A DNA stretch of 64,000 nt from Nemertoderma westbladi (lineage: Eukaryota; Animalia; Xenacoelomorpha), in contig JAUCBJ010006881.1 of the NCBI GenBank assembly GCA_032718475.1, forward strand, positions 59,795 through 123,794, given 5' to 3'. A model generated the notes under the pieces. That model did not search any database and had not been told where the DNA came from. It was given only the letters and a program-made list of their open reading frames with translations. Within the stretch, counting starts at the first letter, position 1. Each line of letters begins with the position of its first letter. Both the position numbers and the translations under genes were made by a program. Positions 10,133 through 21,676 of this stretch are shown piece after piece.

Positions 10133-11414
10133 TGTAAAAGCTTCTGTGGGATATAACTGGCCCCTTTGCTTCGCAATCCAGTTTCCCCCCAGGCGCTGGA
10201 ATACTCTAAAAAGGTTCTCTAACTGTATAAATATTCCCCTCGCCCTCAAGGTACCGTTACAGGTGTTTTAACGGACATAAAAGTCATTCTGCTATATACG
10301 TGTTTTAGCGGACATGGTAAGACAAAAAACCTGCAATGCGACAAATACCTTTCATAGCTTAGCCGTGATGATTCATATTACGACATCTAACAGCTGGTTG
10401 CTGACATGGAAACAGCCATTGAACGCATGGTTCTTTGTTTGGCTTGAACCAATCAGAGCGATTTTTCCTGTCGATGTGTAGCTTTTCGGTCGATCATAGG
10501 GAGAGTGTTCAGTCTTACTGTTTTTTCTTGATACTTTGTTGTTATTGCTGTCTAGGCCAGGAACAACGGCTCTAGAGTCAATTCGTTTCATACTTTTATA
10601 AGAAACATTAGTAGGCTTAAATTATAGAGCGTATGACTGTTATGAATACACAGTCTATATCATAACACATCATATATCAATTTATATCAACTTGTTTCTA
10701 TTCTTGTATTATCGGTTCAATATACATTATTATACTGCTGTTTACTATTGTTTGGTGGAACATTATTTGGAGAACATATATAAAGAACCCAAATTTCCCA
10801 ATTTTCTTGATACACTACAGGTTAGAGAGACGGGTTATATATAGCGATTGCGACTTATATTGTTGTGGTTTGTAGTGAATTTAATGCTATTTAATAAGCA
10901 CTACATTGGTCCGTTGCTATTCCCTTTATATATGATAAAATTCATTGACGGTCGGCAAATTAGTGAGCAGTATTGTGTGTTACCGGTATTGTGCATGATT
11001 GTGATTGATAACTAAGCATTTCCTAAAGAATGCGCCTCATACGTGAATCTTAAGCCTTACCGACTTACCGTTGTGATTAGTATAAGTCATATCTCTGTTT
11101 ACTTAGATAGAGCGCCACGTCCTAAAGGAACTGTTAATATTTCCCGAAAGTAAATAATATTAGTCAGAAATTAATTATTAACGATCAATCGAATAATACA
11201 ATACAGTAAGCTTCACTGCAATAATAATTTAAGCCGACAGAATCCAGTCTCCCGGGATTATCCAGCGGGTGAATGGACGCGCACTAGGCTGGCTTCTGCT
11301 AATGTTGTGTTTATTGGTATAAAATATTTGTCTTCTTCTAAAGTATATTTATAAACCAAAAGACATATAAATTTTGGCAGGTTAAACTGCTAAAGGTCTT
11401 CAAAAGCGCGTACA
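10133..11414 (+). repeat. 5' LTR
   Basis: TGTAAAAGC...GCGCGTACA; same length as the 3' LTR. Only 2 substitutions noticed by eye (~10374, ~10475). Confidence 0.97.
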
Positions 11415-11425
11415 ATAACAGTCAT
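11415..11425 (+). promoter_or_regulatory. Primer-binding site position: ATAACAGTCAT, complementary to LTR 10633-10643 (putative self-priming PBS)
   Basis: No TGG/tRNA-3'-end complement follows the LTR; exact 11-nt reverse complement of ATGACTGTTAT in the LTR. Confidence 0.7.
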
Positions 11426-13572
11426 TGACTTTATTGCAGTAAGCAATAAAGTTGAAAGTACCGGTCAACCGGTAAACCTGAACCTGTACTTCTGTAGGTC
11501 TGTAGGCCCAACTGTACTAACCGGTACTTCCAGTATAAGTACATTAGTATTATTCGATTTTGATTATTGCATACCGGTAGGCTGTTCAAGAGATTAGGGA
11601 CTGTATACCCCTTGTTTCTTTTGGAGCTTACTTATTTCTGTCAGTTTTATTTACATGTAAGTTAATATTGAGCTGAAGACGTGTAAGTCTGCTCAGATTG
11701 TTCAGATAATTGTAGGCCGGACTGTTGTCAGATTGTTGTTGGGTTTGGAGAGATTACGGCGTGTGTGGAGTTTGTCCGATAGAGTGCCAGTTAGTAAGTT
11801 GGGGCAGCCATTGCTGTAAGGTCAATCCCCTCTTAAAGAATAAGTCGTACTACCGTGTTAGAACGTATACTAACTAACAATTTTGGAATCTGCACATACT
11901 GTAGTTTATTTAGGCTTGACAGTATTCTGCCAGCGTTTTGGCTTGTGTTTGTTTGTGTAGTCTGTTCAGGTACCGTAATCGTTATTACTCAGATATTTTG
12001 TAGGCTGGATTGTTGTCTAGCTATTATTAGGTCTGAAGAGATTGCTGCTTGTGTAGAGTTTGTCTGATAAAGTGCCAGTTAGTAAGTTGGGGCAGTCATA
12101 ACTGTAAGGTCAATCCCCTCTTAAAGAATAAGTCGTACTACCGTGTTAGAACGCATACTAACTAACCGTTTTGGAATCTGCACATACAGTAGTTTATTTA
12201 GGCTTGGTGGTAGTCTGCCAGCATTTGGTTTGTATTTTGTTTGAGTATTCTGTACGGGTAGCGTAATATTTATTATTCAGAGTTTATGCGATTATTCGCA
12301 ACATTCATGTCCCCAAGTTTATTCCTACAGTAATTGTGTTTGTTATACATACCGTTATAGTTAAATTAACCCCGGTACTACACGGGCTGCTTGGCGTAGG
12401 ACAAGACTGGTGATTTTGTGCACCGGTCACTCCAGCAGATGCCGTGGTTCTTTTAACTGTTCAAGTATATTTAACTACTGATTATTTGTTGTACCAGTAC
12501 TTGTACCTAATTTAGGGTTTAGTGTACAGTGCTTTCCGAAGTAATTAGTGTGTAGGCAGTATATTTGTGTTGTAAAGTGGTTAATAGGCACGCTGGATCT
12601 GGTAGTCCGCGGTAATTAACTTCTAGGTAGGAACACTCCGTGATACATAACGTAGTACCTATAGCGATACGGTTATAGGTCGTCAGGCGGTGGTATTTTC
12701 CTATCTGGACAGTGCAATATATTTACTACTACTTATTATTTTCAAATACCGTAGTACCCTGTCCGTTGTAATAACCAGAATTCTAACCCTTTGTTAGGCT
12801 GGTTTGTAGACTTCCTGTAAAATTACCCTAAAAATTTCGTACGTAATATTTTTGTTGTGTTTAATTAGAGATTTAATCTCACCCGTATCGTACGTAATTT
12901 GTAGTATTAAGTAACTTAGGTAAATTAGAATTATCTGTTTTAGTGTCCAATAAATAGCACTTCACTGAGAGCGCACAGCTTCTGTGTAGTGACCCCCAGA
13001 AATAATAACATTTATTTCAAATATTGACAAAACCCTTTTTAAACGGGTATATATATATCTATTATAAATCAACTCAAACGATTTATAAATAGTAGGCCTA
13101 CCATACAACAACTAGGTCTCAAAATCAGTTGGACTCCTGCTTAAATAACGGTAACAAAGTAAGTTAAAGTAACCAAGTAACCCTAAATATTCAGAAATTT
13201 AATTATTATAAAAATAATTGACATACCGGTATTTACCATAGGCTTATTATATTTATTCTATAAATTCGAGCTGAAATCATACCGGTATTCTGTAATAATT
13301 CTAGTTCATAATTATACTTATATATACTATAAGTGTAAGCTGTATACCGGTATTCACGATAGGCCTATTATATATTTATATATATTTGTGCTAAATTATA
13401 TACCGGTACTCTGTGACAAACCTAGTTTACAATACTTATATATGTTATAAGTGCATACCGGTATTCTAATATACGGCAATAAATTACCGGTACTAGGCCA
13501 ACGGTCATACTGAATTACTAGACTTGCTTTAACTGTAACTATAGCAGTAGGCATTCAACTGTATAGCTAAAC

Positions 13573-16500
13573 ATGTCTGACACTCAGCAAAACCTGTCAG
13601 ACAGTCTAATCGATACAACCATCTGTGACACAGATAGGAGTGTGGAGCGTTTAATTAAGAAAGGAGTTCAGCTCACCTCCTACTGAAAGAAAAGTCATCC
13701 CTCCAGTAGTGATATCGGACCCTAAGCTAATCCAACACCGTAGGTCCATCATCGGCACTCGGGCCCAAGTCAAACGGAACCAGGAAGCAGCTGTCCCACA
13801 GCAGCAACAGCCTAGTCAAGAAACTTGTTCCCAGCGATCAGATAGCTCCAGTAGTTCGGATACTGTCGAACTGACCCCCGAACGCGGATTGCAGATGACG
13901 ACTAAAGCCTACTCGGACCCCCTTCTCACCCTTCCTGCCGCAGTGCTAACAACTATATTGATTGCGGTGGAGGAACATCAAGCAGATTGGGCGAGAAATA
14001 AGCGAGCGACCCAAGATGATTATGCGGGATACGCCAGGGAAGAATTGATGTCTATTGTCGAGTCACAATGGAACTTTCCCGGACCCGGACTCCCGTTAGA
14101 TCTGTCCGAGGCTACTTGGGAAGATATACACAGGATGGGAGTGGCTAAAGATACGATGGATCCAGCTGTTTGGAAGAGGTCGGCAGCAGGATATGTGCAG
14201 GGATTCTTCGGCTCCTTAGAGAGATTAGAAGAACAACTGTTTCGACAACCCCAAGGACCTCAAGAGCAGGAAGAACTGCTATATCAAGTATGCGAAAGAA
14301 CCCTACGCATACGACTAATCCTATCGGCTTTTGAGGAAACTTCCAAAAGAAGACAGGACACGTCGCTGCAGGTTGCTGTCAAAACTTGGTTCCAGCGGGT
14401 AGGTCTCCAAGTGCAAGAAACAGACCAGTGGAAATCCCAGCTGTCTGAGAGACTAACTCATGAAGAACCAACTGATGCCACCCTTTCTCAAGTGGAAGGC
14501 GAAGAAACCTCAGAGAAACCACGAACGAGAGACGCCATCGACATTTATCTGTCCGACTATCAGCGATTCCTAGGAGACGAAGAGTTGAGGAGACGGCTGT
14601 CTGGACTTTCCCCCAATAGTGAAGGAACCCAGCGTGTGTTAGATTCAATCGATGCTGAAATGTTAGCTGCTAACCAAGCTGAGTTTGATGAGAAACTCCG
14701 ACTCACTAGAGTCCAAGAAGAACTAGTAAAGAAAAAACGGATAGAGGACCGAAAGGCAGCTGCAGTAACAGCGGCAATGGCCGAAGTGGAAGCAGAAAGA
14801 AAGGCAGCTGCAGTAACAGCGGCGGCAGAAGCAGCAGCAGAAAGAAAGGCAGCGGCGGCAGAAGCCGAAGCAGAAAGAAAAGCGACTGTGGCAGCAGCAA
14901 AGGCAGTGGCAGAAGCAGAACGGAGAGCCTCTGAGGAGACTGCCCAACTGGAGTTGGAAAATCTGCAAGAGACGCAAGACAACATAAATAAACAGTTAAC
15001 TGCTAGTCACATGCAGATGATGAGAAAATCTACTCCCAAACGCCAGGGATATACGTCATCGGAGGAAAGCGAAACCACCTATCCTGAAGGCGGAGGAAAT
15101 AGATCTCATCTAAGTAGGCGTAGAAAAACAACTTACCGTCACAAATTGCCTGATTTGCCCCCAGCTGTTAGAAGACAACTAGCTAGCACAGACTTAAGTA
15201 GTATAGAACCTACAGACCAAATTATCAAGGTCAAAAGACTCCCTACTATAGTTGATGAGCCTGAAATAATTAGGCCTGTCGTTCCCAAAGTCACTCCTGT
15301 GTTAGAGACCCCTGTACTTCCAGAGCATAACTCTAAATTCCCTTTACACAGTACTACACTGCCTGTGCCCGGTAGAACAGTCCAGGAGAATATCCCTGTC
15401 CTGGAAGCTGAGAGAGAAATCAAAGATTTGTCTCCCGTCATCCCACGTCAGCCCGCTACAATGTTGGCGACTCCCGCTTCGGCGGTCGAGTGGGTAGAGG
15501 AGGGACGGCGGGGGATGAATCTCCTGCTCGGACAGATGCAGGAGACTGTCCGCCAGCTTAAGGGAACAGTAAGAGAAAGTAGGGCCGAATTGCAAGAAGT
15601 GCAGCAAAGTATCGCGCTAGAACGCGACAAATTAGTCAACATACAAAAGGGCATACCAATACCCCCTGTAACATTGTGTCAACCTGTTAGGTCTGAAGTA
15701 TTACATGCGCAAGGTGTGGAGCCTACACGCATCTATACTGCTAGTGAAGTAGAAACTCCTATAGCAAACCCTATTAAGAGTGATTATAGACCTGTTATTA
15801 ATGATATTCCCTATAGACCTGATACTGATCCGAGAAATTTATATACCGATAATTCGATATTAAATAACACGATGGCCCAAGAAAGCTTTACGCGGCAGAT
15901 GGCTAGAACAGAAGCCCGCCAAGCGGTCAAAGTGGGAGAGATCGTCAAATTCAATGGAGATGAGATGAAATGGTTACCTTTCAACGAATATTACAAAGAC
16001 AGCATACAGAACTCTGTACTATCTAACGGAGAGAAACTTAGGTTCCTCATCAAGTGCTTGGAAGGACCTCCCAAGTTAATGGCGTTAAAGTCCAGAAGAC
16101 ATCCAGAAGGATTAAGACAAGTATGGGATACATTAAACATCAGGTATGGTAACAAGGATAACATAGCTAAGTATTTGTATGCAAAATTAGTAGCCCCCCG
16201 ACACTTCCTTAGTAGCGGGATTATAGAGTTTTCCGATGAAATTCAGGAGATCTGTAGACAATTGGACTGGTTAGGTAAGTCTCATGAATATCAGAGTTCA
16301 ATGGTTATTGGAGCCATAGTCTCTACTTTACCAAAGGGTGGAGTATGTACACGCTGGGACAAGAAAGTGTTGTACATGAATGAACAACAACGACGAAGTC
16401 CTACCATGGCTGATCTCATGTCCTTCTTGGATGGTGAGGTAAAACTACAACTCATCAAGCAGTCCAGAGAGAAAACATCGGAAAATAAGGTATGTGAGAA

Positions 16501-17461
16501 ACCCGCTTCTAGGAGAAGAATAACACCGGTGTGTTACACTGACGACGGCGAAAGCCAAGTTTCTCAAGAAGAGGACAGCGGGAAAAACACTGAGCGATCT
16601 TACTACGTTGACAAAACCTCAAAAGATGTAAGTAAATACAAGGCTCGAAACAACGATAGGAGAGAACAGGTTGCCAGGACCCCCCCTCAGTCTCCTAACA
16701 GAATGCACCGAAGAAAACCCGAAGAAAAAACGAGAGTGCATCAGGTTACCCAAGGTAAAGTGAGTAACATAAAACCTAACTGTGCGCTGTGCGACGGGAC
16801 CCACCGTTTGAGTGCGTGTGCTGAATTTCTAAAGAAATCCCTTGTAGACAGACGTGCAGTTGTGTGGGACAAGCGGTTATGCTATAATTGCCTCAGACCA
16901 GGACACCAACGGCGAACCTGTTACTCCGACATAAAGTGTGCAAAGTGTGGCGCGAAACATCACATCTTGTTACACAGTGAGTTCGAACGAGACAAACAGA
17001 GTCAGGTAAGTGAGCCCGAACTACATGTCCAATTCAGTGATGTAAACGACACTGATCAGGAGTCTGAGATGGAAGGATTCTATACTGACGAATTCTCCGA
17101 CGCCAACGAATCCTGTTATCTAATCAATACCGCAGTGTATCGAGCACTTACTTATGAAAAGGTCACCAACGATGAGTTTCCCCCAACTACTTTTGCCAAA
17201 CAACCATCTTGGAAAGCTCCAACTTCCAACGTAGGAATCAGAGAATTTCCTGTGGTGCAGGTAAGAGTTCATGGTCTTAATAAAAGTTACATAGTGAACG
17301 CCCTCCTTGACTCTGGCAGCACAGGAACATTCATCGATCAAGAATTAGCCGAAGATATCTTTGCTGGACAACCCAAATTCCGGACTAAATTGAATATGTC
17401 AGGAATTATGCAGGTTTGGAAATCTACCTTAACGGCAGATTACTATGTAGGTGTAAGTTAG
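13573..17461 (+). CDS. gag: BEL/Pao gag + aspartic protease (likely true start ATG 13573; +4 frameshift at 13651-13658; open from 13709)
   Basis: Capsid-like region; CALCDGTHRLSAC / CYNCLRPGHQRRTC / CAKCGAKHHILLH knuckles; LLDSGS protease motif. The N-terminus MSDT.QNLSDSL is contiguous with the rest in the second copy. Confidence 0.9.
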
Positions 17462-17503
17462 GAATAGGATAAGTTAGGAACACAAGGTATAAGGTCGGTA
17501 AAA

Positions 17504-20500
17504 ATGGTGGCTATAAAGAACTTCGCTACTACTCAAGCAGACCTTTATAATTGGGACGAGGATGAGAGCATCCAACATCTTGAGATACCTCGATTCCAGA
17601 CAGATTATCCTGGAGTGCAAATCCTCATCGGCCAGAACGCGCATGAGGCGCTCGAAACATTGGAGAAACGGCCTGCTCAACCACAGCCACTGCAAACCTA
17701 TGCGGTAAGAACTAGAGTAGGTTGGTACTTTACTGGCCCTTCCCACAGGACTCTCGAAGAGAGAATGCCACAAGAACACACATACCAAGTACACGATTGG
17801 GAAGTGGAGAGCAGTGAGGTGGACGAACTAACTGAGGGAACACCATACTCCTCAGATAATGACGACATCTACCAACTCTTCGATGAAGAGAACACAATCG
17901 ACCTACTTACAGAAAACCAAACTTGGAAAAGTCAGGTGAACCTTTGTCAACTGATTCACCCATCGGAACAAAACGCTTACAATGACGAACTAAACGATGA
18001 GATAGAGCGCTACAACGCTAGAACTCGGGACGAACTAGCTGTACGATTCTTTACTCAGGAACTGGTAGAGCCCAATTCATATGATAAGGCTCTATCGATA
18101 GAAGAAGAAAGAGCCAAGCAAATCCAGGAAACAACTACACGTTTTTTAAAGGACCAAGGTAGGTATGAAATCGGCCTACCATTTGGAAAACGAGAACCTA
18201 GATTTATAAATAACAGACCCTTGGCAGAGAAAAGAATCGCTCAATTATATCGACGCCTTACAGCTAATGCTTCAGCGAAAGAAATGTACCAAACTCAGCT
18301 GAAGAAATTTATAACAAAGGGATACGCGGAGCGAGTACCGGAAGGAACACCAGTGACTGAGAGAATGTATTACTTAACACATCATTACGTTCCCAAACCC
18401 GGTAAACCCCATGAAGTCCGAGTCGTATTCGATGGCTCTGCGCTATATATGGGCCAATCCCTCAATTCCGAGTTGTTACCAGGACCCAACTTACTCCAAT
18501 CTTTGTTGGGAATACTATTAAGATTAAGACAATATTCCATCGCGTTCGCCTCTGATATAGAAGGAATGTTCTTACAAGTCAAGGCGCTGGATAGAGATAG
18601 AGACAGCCTGAGATTTCTGTGGTGGCCTGAAGGAGACCTCAACCAGAAACCGGTAGAGTACTGGATGACCATCCAGGCTTTTGGGATCATATCAAGCCCT
18701 TCCAACGCCTGCTCCGTGGTGCGAACCACTGCTAATGATAACCGGGACTCCTTCTCCAAAGAAGTGATAGACAACATAAAACGCAATATATACATGGACG
18801 ACAATTTAAGGTCCCTTCCATCAGTAGAAGAAGCCATAGCTGTCGCGAAAGGAACGGTAGAGTGTTTGAAAAGAGGTGGATTTCGACTGACGAAATTCAC
18901 TAGCAACTCCCGTGAGTTTCTGGAAGCCATACCGGTAGAAGACCGCGGAGCGAAAGATCTAGACTTGATAAAGGACGATCTTCCTGAAACCAAGACGCTT
19001 GGCTTGAAGTGGGACACTGAAAGAGACATCCTGTTTTTTCAGTTAAAACAGCGAGATAATCCAGTTCGGACCAAACGGATTTGTTTAAGTATCCTGAGCA
19101 CTTATTTCGACCCATTGGGATTTATTAGCCCAGTTATATTGATTGCTCGGAGTTTAGTACAACAGATGTGGCTTGAAAACCACTCATGGGACGATCCGCT
19201 TAAGGGAGAATTGTTGAAGAAATGGATGAAATGGGAAGATTCTCTACCTGCCATCGAGAACTTTATAATTTCCCGTGCATATTTTGGCCATGTTCTTCCT
19301 ACGTATTCCTATCAACTCCATGTGTTTGGAGACGCCAGCGACATGGGAATAGGTATAGTAGCATATCTTCGAGTCGAAACTCCGGATGGAATCAAGGTCG
19401 CCTTGGTTACCTCTAAGGCATTGATTAACAACAAGTTAAAGGTTCCTCGAGCGGAGTTAAAGGCGGCTTTATACGCTACAGCCATCGGCCGGAACGTAAC
19501 GGAACAAATCGACTATACACTGGAGAAAACGGTTTATTGGACCGACGCTTTACTCGTGTTGGAGTATCTCACCAATGAAGTCTGTCAGTTTAGCGTTTTT
19601 GTTACTAACCGAGTAGCTATTATTCTTAGTCGCACAAAGATAGATCAATGGAGACATTGCCCTGGTACGATTAATCCAGCCGATATCGCCTCCAGGGGAG
19701 CAACTCCACAGGAACTGATAGATACTCCAGATTGGTTGGGTGGACCCGACTTCCTGAGCAAGGAAGAGGATGAATGGCCTCCTCACCTTACTACGGCAGA
19801 GATTAGACAAGCCAAGGGAGCGGAGACAGTCAAACCTAAAACCCGGGCGAGTAAATCGAAGTTATTTAAACCGACTATCGATCTATCCGTATTACACACT
19901 TCCGGGAATGATGTTTCGGATCCACAATCCCTCAACACAAATAAGTCTGTTGTGGAAATTAGAGATAGAGATTGGAAATCTGGAATACCAGACGTCTCGC
20001 AAGGAATCTCACCCATGCTGCAGAGAGCAATGCATCATTACAGTTCCTGGAATCGGCTCTGTAAAGCCGTCACATATTTAAGACGATGTTTTCATCATCA
20101 CTACTCCAGGACGAAGACCATTAGTGATCACGCTCCATTGACATCTGCACAAGTTCATGTTATTAAGAATTTACCCAAATATAAGATATCTGATCGTTTT
20201 CTAAAAGAGAAAATTAGTCACCAGGAGTATGAAGAAACAAATAAACAGATACTGAGACTCCTGCAATGCTATGAGGATTCCGAAAAGTACTTCCTGTTGT
20301 TGAGAAATCCACAGATGCGCTTAAGGGATCGATTCTCGAGCACAATGATAGATGGGTTAATACGTGTTGGAGGAAGACTCACCAACGCCCCCTTATCCTT
20401 TGACACCAAATTCCCCATACTTATTAGAAATCTTGAAGTACAAATCAAGATGATTGTAGACGTTCACAGTAAACTTTACCATGCTGGTAGAGAACGAATT

Positions 20501-21676
20501 CTTAGCGAAATTCGAACTCGCTATTATTTTGATAAACCCCGTAGAGCTCTGAACCAAGTTCTTAGGAACTGCATACCCTGTAGGAAAGCATTCAGTAGGC
20601 CTTTAACACAGCGAGAGGCAGAATTACCTAGGGAACGAGTAAGCTTCTATGAACCACCTTTTACTAATACTGGTGTAGATTTATTTGGCCCTATTGAAGT
20701 ATATCGTGCGAGGACTATAGTCAAGAGATGGTGTGTCATCTTCGTGTGCATGACCTGGAGAGCCATCCATCTCGATATGGTGAACGATCTATCTACTAAC
20801 AGCTTCGTCTTAAGTTTACGACGACAGATCGCTCGCTTCGGGACGAGTAATACCATGAGATCGGATAAAGGAACGAACTTCATAGGTGCCAACAACGAGA
20901 TACAGGCTTACGTGAAGGACTGGAACCAAAGACAGGTGGACGACCAGCTAAGGATAACAGCGTCTAGCTGGACCTTCAACGCTGCCGACGCCCCTTGGTG
21001 GGGAGGAAGTTGGGAGAGATTAATTCGAAGTGTCAAAACCGCATTTCACTTTATAGTGCCATGCCGCGCGTATCTCACCGACGAACTTTTGCGGACGTTA
21101 ATGGAGGAAATCGCTGCCTATCTCAACGAGAGACCGCTTATGCCAGTCTCATCGAGTCCCGATTCCCTGGAAGCGCTAACACCCGCGCACTTCCTACTGA
21201 AGAAACCCGTAGCCATGCTCCCACGATCGGAGATTGCCGACGGAGACGAATACTGCCGTCGAACTTGGCAACTTATGCAGTTGCTATCCCGTCGTTTCGC
21301 TGACCATTTCGAGAAACATTATCTGCCCACGCTACAACTTCGAACTAAGTGGTTTGCGCAGCAAGAAAACGTCAGCGCCGGAGATATGGTGCTTATTGTA
21401 GATCCAGACCTCCCACGTAAACGGTGGCAGACAGGTCGTATCATCGAGACACACATTTCAGATGATGGTTTAGTACGCTCAGTAGAACTCATCGTCATGC
21501 GGCGTAACTTCAAGAAACCAGGCATCATCTTTGAGACGCAACAACTCAATCGCCCAGTTGGTCGTTTATGTTTACTGGAAAGAGACAGGGAACTCTCTGG
21601 AAACTATGGAAGGCAAGACACTCTTCCCACGACCACCTCCCTAATTCCTCAAACATCTAGGGACTCCCTAACGTGA
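17504..21676 (+). CDS. pol: BEL/Pao pol (RT, RNase H, integrase)
   Basis: RT (SDIEGMF, YMDD), RNase H (HVFGDAS, WTDA), integrase HHCC plus GVDLFG / SDKGTNF / WERLIR. Same frame as gag, separated by TAG-GAA-TAG. Confidence 0.95.
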   Translation: MVAIKNFATTQADLYNWDEDESIQHLEIPRFQTDYPGVQILIGQNAHEALETLEKRPAQPQPLQTYAVRTRVGWYFTGPSHRTLEERMPQEHTYQVHDWEVESSEVDELTEGTPYSSDNDDIYQLFDEENTIDLLTENQTWKSQVNLCQLIHPSEQNAYNDELNDEIERYNARTRDELAVRFFTQELVEPNSYDKALSIEEERAKQIQETTTRFLKDQGRYEIGLPFGKREPRFINNRPLAEKRIAQLYRRLTANASAKEMYQTQLKKFITKGYAERVPEGTPVTERMYYLTHHYVPKPGKPHEVRVVFDGSALYMGQSLNSELLPGPNLLQSLLGILLRLRQYSIAFASDIEGMFLQVKALDRDRDSLRFLWWPEGDLNQKPVEYWMTIQAFGIISSPSNACSVVRTTANDNRDSFSKEVIDNIKRNIYMDDNLRSLPSVEEAIAVAKGTVECLKRGGFRLTKFTSNSREFLEAIPVEDRGAKDLDLIKDDLPETKTLGLKWDTERDILFFQLKQRDNPVRTKRICLSILSTYFDPLGFISPVILIARSLVQQMWLENHSWDDPLKGELLKKWMKWEDSLPAIENFIISRAYFGHVLPTYSYQLHVFGDASDMGIGIVAYLRVETPDGIKVALVTSKALINNKLKVPRAELKAALYATAIGRNVTEQIDYTLEKTVYWTDALLVLEYLTNEVCQFSVFVTNRVAIILSRTKIDQWRHCPGTINPADIASRGATPQELIDTPDWLGGPDFLSKEEDEWPPHLTTAEIRQAKGAETVKPKTRASKSKLFKPTIDLSVLHTSGNDVSDPQSLNTNKSVVEIRDRDWKSGIPDVSQGISPMLQRAMHHYSSWNRLCKAVTYLRRCFHHHYSRTKTISDHAPLTSAQVHVIKNLPKYKISDRFLKEKISHQEYEETNKQILRLLQCYEDSEKYFLLLRNPQMRLRDRFSSTMIDGLIRVGGRLTNAPLSFDTKFPILIRNLEVQIKMIVDVHSKLYHAGRERILSEIRTRYYFDKPRRALNQVLRNCIPCRKAFSRPLTQREAELPRERVSFYEPPFTNTGVDLFGPIEVYRARTIVKRWCVIFVCMTWRAIHLDMVNDLSTNSFVLSLRRQIARFGTSNTMRSDKGTNFIGANNEIQAYVKDWNQRQVDDQLRITASSWTFNAADAPWWGGSWERLIRSVKTAFHFIVPCRAYLTDELLRTLMEEIAAYLNERPLMPVSSSPDSLEALTPAHFLLKKPVAMLPRSEIADGDEYCRRTWQLMQLLSRRFADHFEKHYLPTLQLRTKWFAQQENVSAGDMVLIVDPDLPRKRWQTGRIIETHISDDGLVRSVELIVMRRNFKKPGIIFETQQLNRPVGRLCLLERDRELSGNYGRQDTLPTTTSLIPQTSRDSLT

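Noticed and set aside
10373-10591. Antisense ORF in both LTRs (also 27847-28086)
   Set aside because: Duplicated only because the LTRs are identical; no motif and not evidently conserved in the diverged LTR.
17453-17467. 15-nt GT-AG micro-intron that would fuse gag and pol in frame
   Set aside because: Far below the usual animal spliceosomal minimum; a local duplication explains the sequence more simply.
18385-19029. 214-aa antisense ORF and other ORFs opposite gag/pol/ORF3
   Set aside because: Shadow ORFs of long coding sequences with no recognisable motifs.
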